Shown here piece by piece: positions 1 through 12,619 of a stretch of DNA of 64,000 nt. A program made the position numbers and the translations under genes. The notes beneath the pieces were generated by a model. That model did no database searches. It worked only from the letters and a program-made list of their open reading frames with translations, and was not told the DNA's origin. The DNA is from the human T2T-CHM13v2.0 reference genome, Homo sapiens, in assembly GCF_009914755.1 (NCBI RefSeq), contig NC_060937.1; one strand, given 5' to 3'. Every line of letters starts with the position of its first letter. Positions within the stretch are counted from its first letter, which is position 1.

Positions 1-14
1 TGTAGAAGATAAAA

Positions 15-98
15 ATCTCTGAAGTTGAGATAAAGATATTTGTATTTTAAAATACTGTGCCAGCTATTTTGGTGCACAGCCAAATTTGGGAACCCACT
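15..98. mobile_element. MER5-like hAT DNA transposon fragment
   Basis: tgtattttaaaatactgtgccagctattttggtgcacagccaaatttgggaacccact resembles the recalled MER5 terminus (gattctgatgcacactaaagtttgagaaccact); highly diverged. Confidence 0.4.
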
Positions 99-374
99 AA
101 CCAAATATATATTCTGGAATATAATCTTATTTTTGTCAAAACCATGAGAGTAAAAAACAATTCTCATCACAATTATAGAAACATTTCCTAGAAGTCAGTT
201 GCAGTCAGCCTGTACCAAAAACATTTTGCATGAAAGTACTTGTGTATGCTGGGTTTCTAGTATACTGATGGACTCAGGTTTGAATAATTACCAAAAATAA
301 TTGCATTTCCATATGTAAAATGAATTTTTATCAGCTGCAGAAAAATAAAAGTATATCAGCAATAAATACAGAAT

Positions 375-510
375 TCTGTAACAATAATAAGCACCATCAC
401 TTATGCAGTGTTTACTTTGTGCTAACAATACACTTAAAGAACCTCAGAGGTCACAGTTGGTCATGCAGGAGATCCACAAAATCGCAAATAGGAATCTGGA
501 TTTGTCCAAA
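375..510 (-). mobile_element. MIR SINE fragment
   Basis: aataataagcaccatcacttatgcagtgtttactttgtgct...gaggtcacag resembles reverse MIR; degraded. Confidence 0.4.
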
Positions 511-1066
511 TAAAATATATTATCTTGGCTATTTCTGGTTATCCACTTCATCTTTTCACCAGTCTGTTAGTGAGATGTTAGTAAACAATAGGATTATGGT
601 GTAGAATTCTCATATATCATTTACAGTTTCTGCATATTTACACTGGTTCTGTAATGGTTTACTCATGCTTGATTAACTTAACCTTCCTATAAGTTATAAA
701 GGACCCCAACAGGTCATTATTAAAAAGAGTTATCTAACTTAAGTGGACTTCTCTAGCATATTAGTCATGCAGAGATACCCTGATATAGAAAACCAGTTAA
801 GAATATTCCTTACAAAACAGTTTCTGAACAGAGCCCACTATCAATTGAGTGTGCTTCATTTTATATCACTAAAGAAACCTTAGGGTTTTCTAAGGAGCAA
901 TTGCCTTTCTACCTGTCCCCTTTTGTCCTTCAGAAATCCCAAGCATCCTGAAATGGTTCTTGTTTCCTCTCATGCATAATTCTGAGAGGATTACTAATTG
1001 TCATAACCTATATATGCAATGTTTTAAAAGTATAGGTAGATGCATCTATCATTGTCATTTATTTTT

Positions 1067-1374
1067 TATTTTTATTTATTTATTTATTTTTTGAGACGGA
1101 GTCTCGCTCTGTCACCCAGGCTGGAGTGCAGTGGCGCAATCTCGGCTCACTGCAAGCTCCGCCTCCCGGGACTCACGCCATTCTCCTGCCTCAGCCTCCC
1201 AAGTAGCTGGGACTACAGGCGCCCGCCACCATGCCGGGCTAATTTTTTGTATTTTTAGTAGAGACGGGGTTTCACCGTGTTAGCCAGGATGGTCTCCATC
1301 TCCTGACCTCATGATCCACCCACCTCGACCTCCCAAAGTGCTGGGATTACAGGCGTGAGCCACGGCACCCGGCC
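1067..1374 (-). mobile_element. AluY, full length
   Basis: (TTTA)n tail, gagacggagtctcgctc, Y-type ctgcaagctccgcctcccggg and gtgttagccaggatggtc; perfect TSD cattgtcatttattttt at 1050-1066 and 1375-1391. Confidence 0.97.
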
Positions 1375-1416
1375 CATTGTCATTTATTTTTATAATATTC
1401 CTGAAGACATAAGAAA

Positions 1417-1540
1417 TGATAGGATGAGGATGACAATGTTGAGGATAACGATGATGATGATGATGACAACTACAAAAGAAGTAGAGAAAGAGGGAGGAAG
1501 AAGATAAGGTGATGATAGAGAAGAAAAGGAAGAGAGGAGC
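1417..1540 (+). repeat. (GAT)n-like and GA-rich low-complexity tract
   Basis: gatgatgatgatgatgac followed by a purine-rich run. Confidence 0.8.
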
Positions 1541-4234
1541 ATAATCTTAGAATTTTTAATTGATTGGTTATTATGAACTAGGTGTAAAGCCAAGCATTTT
1601 ATGTACTCTATGAAGTAGTACTGCATTACTTCCATTGCCATATGCAGAGCCAGTTATGCAAGTGGCTTTAATAACAAAACTTAAAAAAGGGATGCTAGAT
1701 CTCGAACTAATGTCTGCTCAATTTTCAAAGACAACTTTACTAGAATTATATGCTTTGGGAAAAATAAATAAACAGGAGTAGAAAGCTCAATTTGAAAAAA
1801 AATATATATACTAGTCATTTCAGTCTCTGTACAAAGGAATTCGAGGTATCTGCAAATATGTTCGCTTTTCAAGATACTTAGTAGAAAAGTAAACTGATAG
1901 TGATATTTGATAAATATTCATTTAACTGCATTTTCAGAATAGTGAATATACGCCTACTTTATTAAAAATTTTATTGTGAATAAAAAGATACTAGGTTTTC
2001 TTTTATTTTGATCATGCAATATTAACTATTAATATTAAAAACAATACTTATGACACCAAGATCTCACCATGCTGTGTTAAAAGACATTATAATTTGAAGT
2101 TAAGAATTAGAACATTTTTAATATGACAGCTGGTGGAGTGATGACTATAGTTTGAAGAATAGTACTGATACTTAAAATTTAAAAAATACTATAGAACACT
2201 CATGATAAGGTTTTATGTTTGTTTATCCTTGAGGAGTTAGATCTTATTATATACTTACTAAGCATGCCTTTTTCATATTTTAAAAAATCTGTTGTTCCAA
2301 AGAGCACCTCTTTAAGACAAGAGAAACTTTTCCTTCTCAAATAGTTCTAGTACTATATCATTAAAAAGTCATTGGACTTTATGTTAAACCTTTTAATTTC
2401 TTGACTACCATTAAAAATGTATAATTGGAATTTTTTGTATTATTCTTCCCTTAGAGTCCACAGATACACATTTTGGATATGCCACCTAGAGATGATGTAA
2501 GTGTTGTCAAGTTTCCTTTCCTGGATTTTATGTTCTTCAGGATGAGAAACAGAAGTACATAATTTGGCAAAAAGAAAAGTGATTCTCCTTTTGCCTAAGA
2601 GGCAAATGTTTTAGTGATGTGCACAATGAAAACACTACAAATTCCAACTGGTATGTGATGCTGTTCTAAATGTGGGAGGTAAGAATGTCTGGGGAAAAGG
2701 AATTGTCTGTGGAGGATGGGTGGGTCTGAATGAGTAGGAGTTTGTTCCAGAAATCTAAGAAACAGATGGAGTTTGGATTTGAAGCATGACTTAGATTCAA
2801 ATGTGCATCCAGAAAAATCCACTGTTCCTCTATTTTTTAATTTTCCTAGTTGAACTCCCACCTTTGATTTTTTGTGGGCTAATGTTTTTTCTGTTGCTAC
2901 TGTTGAACTTTTCCTGAGCCATTTTTAAAAAATAATTATTCCTTTAATTATTTGATTACATAATTTCTTTTTCAAAATACAAGTAGAAATGGAAATGCAT
3001 CCTTTTTACATGTACAGAAGAGCTATCAGACTTTGAAAGGTCCAAGTGGCACAACACTGCAGCCTGGACTAGCAGGAGAGCCTCGTTTTGCTCTGGATCT
3101 TGCAGAAAGTTGGCAGATTTTTTAGGGTCAATTTCATAAATGGGCCTGTTATAAACAGTGTACACCAAAGTGGGATAAGTGACCTTCCAAATCCAAAGAG
3201 ATATATGTAGGAAAAAATTCAAATGCCACTAGCTTTTTTCACCTTGAAGTAACTAACCTACAAGTCTGAACTATTGTTCGCTAACAACTGTACAGAGATA
3301 TCAGGCTCCAGGATTTATTTCTTTGTTCAGAAATGTAATTTATAAAACTCATTCATGTTAACTGGCTATTCTGATTCACCAGGCCCTTTCATCATGATAT
3401 TATTGATGTAGTGTTTGATCCCTACATGCATAATAGATCCTTAGCCCTGTGTTGATTTATAATAGGAGTCAACAGCTAATTATAATAACTCTCTGATGTA
3501 TACTGAGAATAACCATAATCTATACCAGCCAATAAGCAATTTAAATGAGAATGTAATAGGAATCCCAATCCTTGAAGATGTAAAAATTTAATGATAACAT
3601 TATTGATTCCTTCAGGAATATAATAATTGCTCTTAGTTTACTATTTTAAAAAGCTGTGAATTGTCAGTGGTTCCTTATATCTAAATTGCTTTGACTCCCT
3701 GAATGGAAAAGGCAACATGAGAATTGTGTCAGTACTTAAAATATTTTAGACAGATTGTTTCTGACCAATATGGCCAACACATATAGCAAATGTGTAACAA
3801 ATACTGGATATTTTCTACATAAGAAAAATAAATAACTGGACAAAATAAAATAAAAAGATGCTTCTTAATATATTTGATATGAGACAATAGAGTACAATCC
3901 TTGAGAGAGAGGAAACAAATGAGGCAAGCTCTGCGATTGCCTAAGTTGACTGATTTGAGAGAATTTCCAGGTAACAGAGCAAGAAGATGAAACCTAGGTA
4001 GAGCTTGTCATACTTTCCGTGTTGAGGAGACTTTGCTAGTCATCCAGGAAGAACACGACTTCTAGATTTCACAAGACAGTGTTGGAGATGAGAGTTGCAA
4101 AGGGAGACAACTCTAGAGATCTGTAGAAAGACCCTTCAAGTGTTCATCTGAGTACTGATCAATGCAAGTGTATGAAAACTAGTTGAGGCTTGGGTATGAA
4201 TTACCCGAAAGGATTAGAATAAAAAATAACTTGA

Positions 4235-4536
<302 letters not shown>

Positions 4537-5259
4537 TTACTTCTCAGTGGCATAGATGTGTCCCATAACAAAGGTTGAGAATATAAGACTACAGAAATAT
4601 CCAGCACCCAGCACTCAACAAGGTAAAATTCACAGTGTCTGTTGTCCAATGAAAAATTATCAGATATGCAAATAGGCAAGAAAATACAATCCCTAATGGG
4701 GAGAAAATTAAATCAGTTGATGCCGATACAGATGTTAGAATTGGCATAAAAGGACACTAAAACAGTTACTACAACCTTATTTCATATGCTCATAAAGCTA
4801 GATAAAAAGCTGAATATGTTAAATAATGACAAAAAAGATATAAAAATATAGTCAAACGTCTAGAGTTGAAAACTACGATGTCTGAGAGGAAAAAAGCACT
4901 GGATATTATAAACAGCAGATTACATATTGTAGAAAAAACCGTGAACTTAAGACATAGCAACAGAAATTACTTAAAAAACACATAGGGAAAATACTTACTT
5001 AAAAAAATAAACACAGCATCAACAAGCCTTGGGACAACTTCAAACAACCTAATTAACAATTGTAACTGGAGGCATGAAGGTTGTCAGGTAGGTGAAGGGA
5101 AGTGTTAGAAAAAATATTTGAAGATATAATATGAGAATTTCCAAATTTTCTGAACACTATAAATCATGACTGCAAAAATGTTAACAAAACAAAATTTTAT
5201 ACATACATTATATGTATATAAAGCACAAACAAAATTTTATACATACTTCAAATATTTAT

Positions 5260-5357
5260 AAATTTTATATATTATATATATACACATGTATAATGTATCT
5301 TGGTGTATGTGTGTGTATACACACACACACACACACAGAGATACAGACACACACACC
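5260..5357. repeat. (TA)n/(TG)n/(CA)n compound microsatellite
   Basis: Read directly; includes a 20-bp perfect palindrome tgtgtgtgtatacacacaca at 5308-5327. Confidence 0.9.
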
Positions 5358-7225
5358 AAGCTACATCATAATCAAATTGGTTCAAACCAGAGGAAAAAAA
5401 ACACATTATGTCTAGAACAAAGGAAAGCATGATAGCAGGTTTTTTGTGGAAACAATGCAAGCAGTAAAACAACTGAGCAACATATTTAAGTAATTGAAAG
5501 AAAAAAACTTTCTACCTAGAATTATATACCCAGCCAAAATATCTTTGACAATAAAAGTTAAAAAAAAGTTGAAATAATTTGTCACCAGCAGGCCTGAATA
5601 ACAAGAAATTTTAAAGTTTCTCCATAAGATGAGAAATTTTCTTTTTATTTAAGTTAATGTAAAAAACAATTGATGACTTATTCAAGCATAATAATGTATT
5701 GTGGGGATTATAAAAATATAGAAGTAAAATATCTGACAGGAACTGTACAAAGACTGGGAGGGAAAAAAGGAAGTATATTGTTTTAAGTTACTTATATGTG
5801 GGATGAAATAATAGTGCATGAAGTCAGGTTATGAAATTTAAGGTATATAAACTCTAAAAGGACCACTAAAGAAACATGACAAACTTATAGCAAACAAAGG
5901 AAATAAATAAAGTAAAATAAAACCACAAAAAATATTAAATTAAAAAAGGTAGAAAAAGGGGGCAAAAAGGCTGAAAAAGAGGGAGAGAGGAGCAAAGAAC
6001 AGGTAGAACAAATGGAAAATAAATAGAAAAATTTTAGATATAGAATCATCACATTAAATGTAAATGGAACAAAAATGTCAGATAATGCCGAAATAGATAA
6101 AATGCAAGACTCAACTATAGATGCCTACAAGAAATCTTTAAATAAGGCACACATATGTAAATAGTGAAATGATAGAAAATTATATATCATGATAACATTA
6201 ATTTGAAAAAAGGTGGAGAGGCTGCATTAATATCTGACAAAGAATATTTCAGAACAAAGAATATTACTAAACATTAAAGAAGGTAACTTTATAATGATAA
6301 AGGGATCACTTAAGAGGTCATGGCAAACCTAAATGTTTATGCAACTTGTAATGGAACCTCAAAATACATGAAACCATAATTGATAGAATTTCAAGGACAA
6401 AAACAAAAATTGACCATTATAATCAGGGATATTAACACACTTATCTCAATTAAATTGAGATCTCAAAAAATTACCTGGAAAATCAGTAGCTATATATAGG
6501 ACTTGAGCAGTAGTATTAAATACATTAACTTAATTGACATTAATAGAATACTCTATCAAAGAACAAGATAATACACCTTCTTTTTAAGTCATCATGGAAT
6601 ATAATATAATATGGGCCTTAAAAGAAATCTCAATAAATTTAAAAAGATTCAAGTCAGATAAAGTTTTTCTGACCAAAATTAAGTTGAAATGTATTAACAG
6701 ATGTCTGGAAAATCCCTGGTACTTGAAAACTATATAACACACTTATAAGTAACCCGTTTGTCAAATATATTTTAAACCAAATAGAATATTTTAAAAAATC
6801 CCAGCATATGAAAATTTGTGGAATATTGCTTACTTGGTATTAGAGGGAAATTTGTAGCACTAAAGGCCTGTTTTTATGTCTACATAAGTGTCTCGAATGA
6901 ATGACCACAGCTTCCACCTTAGGAATCTAGAATACAAAAACAAATGATACCTAATGTAAGAAGAAGAAAATAATGAATATTAAAGTGAAAATCAATAAAA
7001 TGGAAGATGATTTAAAGATACAGAAAAATGATGAAACTAAACCAAATAGCCGTATACCTATTTGGGTATAGAGCTATTTGAATTTGCAGTTAAAACATAT
7101 ATATAAGAAAACTCTGAATGACTTCATTACAAGAAAAACTTAGAAAGATGTAACACCATTTCTATACAAACTTTTTCAGGAAATTGTTTAGGAAAGTATA
7201 CATCCGAACTCATTCTATGAGTTCA

Positions 7226-7675
<450 letters not shown>

Positions 7676-9229
7676 TCAGGAATGCATGAACACTTTAGCA
7701 TTAAAATATCAAGTAATAATAACCACAATATGAACAAATGAAATAAAGTGACACCACATGATTTTCTGAGAGACAGAGAAAAAGCATTTGACCATATCAA
7801 ATACAAATTCCTAACGTAAAACTCTCAACAAAAGTGTGAATAGAAGAGAATAATTCTCAACTTGATAAAGGGGCATCTTTGAGAAACCTACTGCTAGCCA
7901 ACACCATCCTTACTAGTGAATGACTGAGTATTTTTCCCTTATTATCAAAGGAATGTCAGGATTTCTTCTTTCACTACTTCTGTTAAACACTGTACTAGCC
8001 ATTCCATGAAGTAAGACAAAGAAATATCAGTTGCTTAGATTGGAAAAAATGAAATATAACTATTATTTAAGATAATTTGATCATCTATATAAAAAATTCT
8101 ATGGAAGCTATGGAAAAAGATACTAGAACTAATATGTGAATTAATACATTTGCCACATGTAAAAGCAATATAAAATTTAATATTTATCTGTATACTAACA
8201 ATGACCTATTCAGGAAATTAAATTAAAAATACCATTTAGAATAGCATAAAAATGTGATAAATTTGAGACAAAAATGACAAAAAATATATGAGACATATAC
8301 CATGAAATCTACAAAACACTGAAAACAGAAATAAAAGATAACCTAAATGGAGAGATACATTGCGTTTATGAATTGAAAAACTCAGTATTGTTATAGTGTT
8401 AATTCTCCCCAAATGGATTTATAGATTCAGTGTGATTTCAATCAAAATTCTACTTTAAAATTAATTTGTACATTTAACATACAAGGAAGTGGAATTACCA
8501 AAATAAATTTTAAAAATAAGAAGATGGTTGGAAAATGACTACTCCTGATTCCAAAATTTATTATAAGGCTGAATTAATCAAGAGATAGATAAATATATTA
8601 ATGAAATGGAGAGTCTAGGGCTAGACATATGCATACACGACAACTGATTTTCAACAAAAGTTCAAAGCTCCTTTAGTGGAGAAATGACAGTATATTTAAA
8701 GAATAATATGAAATAATTGGATAAGCATATGCAAAAAAATAAACTTAGATCTTTACTTCACACTACATAAAAGGTGTATCAAAATGAGTCATAGAATTAA
8801 ATGTATCATCTAAAATTATAAAACTTCTAGAAACAAGAATAGAGATATTTTTTGTAACTTTCATTTAATGAAAGGTGTCAGATGTGTCAACAAAAGGACA
8901 TCTATTAAATAAAAAATACATGAAGCTTCATAAAAATCACAAACTTCTACTCTGAGACATATCGAGAATGAAAAGGTAAGACACGGGCTCTGACAGCATT
9001 TTTGCAAATCACAGCAGTAAAGTACTCATACTCAGAAATCTCAAAATTCAATAGTATGAAAACAAAGCAATTTTCAAAATGGGCAAAGCATCCCACCAAG
9101 GAAGACATACAGGGGACAAATAAACACGTTGAAAGATACGTTACATAATTAGTCATTTGGCAAATGCAAGTTAAAACCATACTTTGATATAATTACAGAC
9201 CTATTAGATGGTCATTTCATACACCTGCA

Positions 9230-11090
9230 TTGTGGGATTACAGATAACAACCATCAAAACTGTTTCAAAGATACTTGCACTGCTTTGTGTAGTGTGCTCC
9301 TGCATCCTGTGATGAGGGTATTCCGGGCTTACCAGTCTGTTAGCTTTTGGATGTCTGTGAATGAGTCCCACAAGATGCACTTCTTGCAATTTTTGTATCT
9401 TCTAAGTTTTGGGGTTTTTTTTGGCTCCTTTTATTTATTTATTTATTTTTGACAGGGTAGTGGTCTTGCCCAGGCTGGAGCTGGAGTGGTAGTGCCACAG
9501 TCACAGTTCATTGCAGCCTTGATCTCCTGGGCTCAAGGGATCCTGCTGCCTCAGCCTCCCATGTAGCTAGGAATACAGTTGTACACTACTCTCCTACATT
9601 TTTTAAAGGAATTTCAAGCATCTCCATTGAGGTCAGGACATGCCAGTTATATTAAGTCAGGTTTTCAGTCAATCAAACCATTGACTGTTAGGTGTTCAAG
9701 TTAGCACATTGATTTCAGAAACACTGGTAATTTTACCTGCATTGATAAATTCAACCTAGTCTAAGATTATATTCCTTGCTTATTAGTCTAACATCCACAG
9801 ATTCTTTTTTTTACATCCATTTCCATGCTTTTGCTAAAACAAATTGCCAATAATATGCACAATTTTTGTGTAGATATTTTTTCCTCTAAGTTTTAATTTG
9901 AACTTTACTCCAGGAAAAGGCTGGGATTAGATTCTAGTTATACATGTGAAAATAAAGCGGGGTGGCAAACTGGGACACAATTTTCTTGCTTTTGCAGAGT
10001 AAATGCTTTAGGCTTGGTCATTACAGAAACTTCAAACAAAGTAAGGATGACCCATCAGCCAGGAAAGCAGTTGTTACTTCTTTCTGCTGGCAAGAGCTCA
10101 GTAGAATTTAGTGGTTGATAGTCGTTGGTTTGATCTAATCTAATCTTATAAATATTCTAATTCTCAGTTTATCCTTTTTCCCAATTTCCCAAGTTCAGCT
10201 GGTGTGTTTGTAAATATTATTAATAGTCAATTGTTCAACTCATTTTGCCTTTTCAGTTCTGCTGCAATTGATAGAGCTTAATATTGAATGGTCTTGGATA
10301 AGGGCTTCAATCTTATCATTTTCATTCTTTAGGCCCCATACTCCATTATAAAAAAAGGAAGCCAGCACCAGAGTCCTAGAATTTCAGGATAAAAATTTTA
10401 TTCAATCATAGCAGCTATTGATTCAAGATTTATACTTCATAGGCACAGGAGTTCACAGATAATAATGCACTGTTTTGCCACTGTAGGTCAGGGACTGTTG
10501 TCATCCTATTCTTCAATTGTAGCTACTCCACAGTATTCAGATCCATCCATATCAGATTAACAATCCTAGATTCCTACCATTGAATGTCTAATACCTGCAA
10601 TGACTTTACAGGATCAATATCCTTTAGGTAATTTTGGAAGTTGCAAAAAACTGGTAATTTGCTGGCCAGTTTTTTAAAAAAAGGGAGTTCATCAAAGAAT
10701 ACTGGATATCTAACATGATTATTAGGAAGATTAGAGGAAAAAGAAAACAAAATTTGAGGCTAAACTTGTAGATAAATATCTAAAATTATGCTGCAAAACT
10801 TACTTCATAGGAAAATGATTTCTGGGGCTTCCTCTCAAAAGTAAATGTCAAGAAATCAACTTACCACAATCTTCTATTATTGCTACCGGTACCAATGTCA
10901 CCTCTGGATGGCAAATCTAATCTTACTACCTCTACTTTCAAGTTTGGAATTCCATATTTCAGGTTTACAGAATGGAAAATGGCATATGATATGATTAATA
11001 AACCTTTGAAACATGAGCAAATACTTCAAACATGGTTAGGAAAAATAAACTTTTGCCACCCTAGTCCCCAGGGCTCACTCACAATTCTCA
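9230..11090 (-). mobile_element. Probable ancient ERVL-MaLR (MLT1-like) internal segment (~9230-10610) plus LTR (~10610-11090)
   Basis: Minus strand ctaaagaatgaaaatgataagattgaagccctt (LKNENDKIEAL) resembles recalled MaLR/ERVL gag-derived internal sequence; 10620-10740 resembles an MLT1-type LTR end; inference from weak similarity. Confidence 0.4.
9429..9590 (-). mobile_element. AluJ right arm / FRAM fragment
   Basis: (TTTA)n tail, cccaggctggag, gcagccttgatctcctgggctcaagggatcctgctgcctcagcctccc. Confidence 0.88.
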
Positions 11091-11519
11091 TTTATAAAGT
11101 TAAAAACTGTACTGGGTTCTTGTATTTCCTTCTATAATTTTGTATACAATTAAACACATTTTAAAACATAGGTAGGGTCATATCGTTAAAAAAAAAGATA
11201 GTTTTGCCCATAAATACACCATATTTACCCTATAGATGATCCACTCTATTTTTCTACAAGTAAATAGGATTTCCTTATCATACGTGTATTCTTAATTTAG
11301 TCCAAAAGTTGTAGAATTTAAGGCTATGACAGAAATAGAGAACTAGTTATCACCTAGAGATCCTGTATTTTAAACCAGTGATAATATGCAATTGGACTTG
11401 GTGTTGTTTCCCTTTTGTAAGAGTAGGAACATATTTTCAACTGTCTGAAACTTGAAAATATTATGTTATAAAAGGAAGGGAGCACGTAACTATTGAGTAA
11501 TCAAAAGAATGGGCTATAA

Positions 11520-11790
11520 TGGGTACTTGTCATATTTTGGCCAGTTAAGTTCTGAACTACCTTCCTGTTCAGAGAAAACCTTTGTTATGTTGGTGTTAGT
11601 GAGTGGAGAGAGCATAATCCTTCCTCTTACTCCCTGGAGCTATGCTTTAGAAACATAACTTAGGCTCAGCCAATCATTTGCTCCTGATGTGACTTAGAAA
11701 TTTGAGAGTGCTTAAAAGACATAGGAAAATTTGGAATTTATTCACAGTGACAGAGATGGAGTTGAGATGTTGTTGATCACAGCAGGAAAT
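11520..11790 (+). mobile_element. ERVL LTR fragment (LTR33/LTR16-like)
   Basis: acttaggctcagccaatca CCAAT segment and flanks resemble recalled LTR33/LTR16 LTRs; degraded. Confidence 0.35.
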
Positions 11791-12525
11791 GTCATCATAA
11801 GAATTTTGTAAATGAAGATTTAATAAGTTCATGTGGATAGACCACTTAGAACACTGCCTTCCACAGAGCAGATCCGAGGTAAGTGTTTATTATTAATAAG
11901 TGAAAGAATATTTCAGGTTTTACCAAAACTATAATTAAAAGCATTTTACCAGCCTAGGGATTCAAATTTAAAATCTCTCCTTGTTACAGTAATTTTATGC
12001 CTTTGTAGCTTAGTTTGTATTTCCTTGCATGTGAAATAAATATTTTATTAAATTGGATGTTCACATTAACCAAATAAGTCGAAGTATAACTAACCGTCAG
12101 TAATTTACTCTTGTGAAGGTCACCACATGATTTATCACTTTGGACGTTTTGTGAGTTTTGAAGGTAGACTTGCAATAATGCACACAGCACTAGTGCAAAA
12201 CATAGACAACTTTGCTCCATTAATCATCTCACTGGGAAGAAAATAAGAGCTGGTGTGTGGTTCTTAATAACCACAAAGCCAAATGCAATAAGTCTGGTTA
12301 CCCAGATGTAGCTGATCTGTTCAATTTATTTCACCACATTTAGCTCCTGACCTAATTGGAGTCAGTTCTGGAATATTGTGCAATGCCTTAGGAAGTCCAG
12401 GTTGGGGAGTGCTGGTCGCATAGTACACACCATCTACTGCTTTGCATTTTGTTTCTAGGATTTCTGGAATTCAGTGTATTTGAGTACTGCCAAAGTGTGT
12501 CCTCAATTAAGATAAATATATTTTA

Positions 12526-12580
12526 TTCTTTCTTTCTCTCTCTCTCTTTCTCTTTGTTTGTCTCTCTTTTCCTCTCTCTC
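12526..12580. repeat. CT-rich simple repeat
   Basis: tctttctttctctctctctctttctc... read directly. Confidence 0.85.
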
Positions 12581-12619
12581 TATGTGAATAGTAAATTTTT
12601 TTTTACTTTTTCTTATATG

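Noticed and set aside
1040-1258. ORFs with [11 protein letters not shown]-type motifs here and at 7223, 33305, 49228, 51142
   Set aside because: Standard Alu translations
2138-2168. gtgatga...ctga resembling C/D box snoRNA motifs
   Set aside because: Only about 31 nt apart, far too short for a snoRNA
10021-10080. Minus-strand FLADGSS resembling a retroviral RNase H motif
   Set aside because: Flanked by stops with no other pol motifs; compatible with chance
11984-12220. Minus ORF with signal-peptide-like start MEQSCLCFALVLCALLQV
   Set aside because: Short, no recognisable family, and no supporting promoter or splice structure
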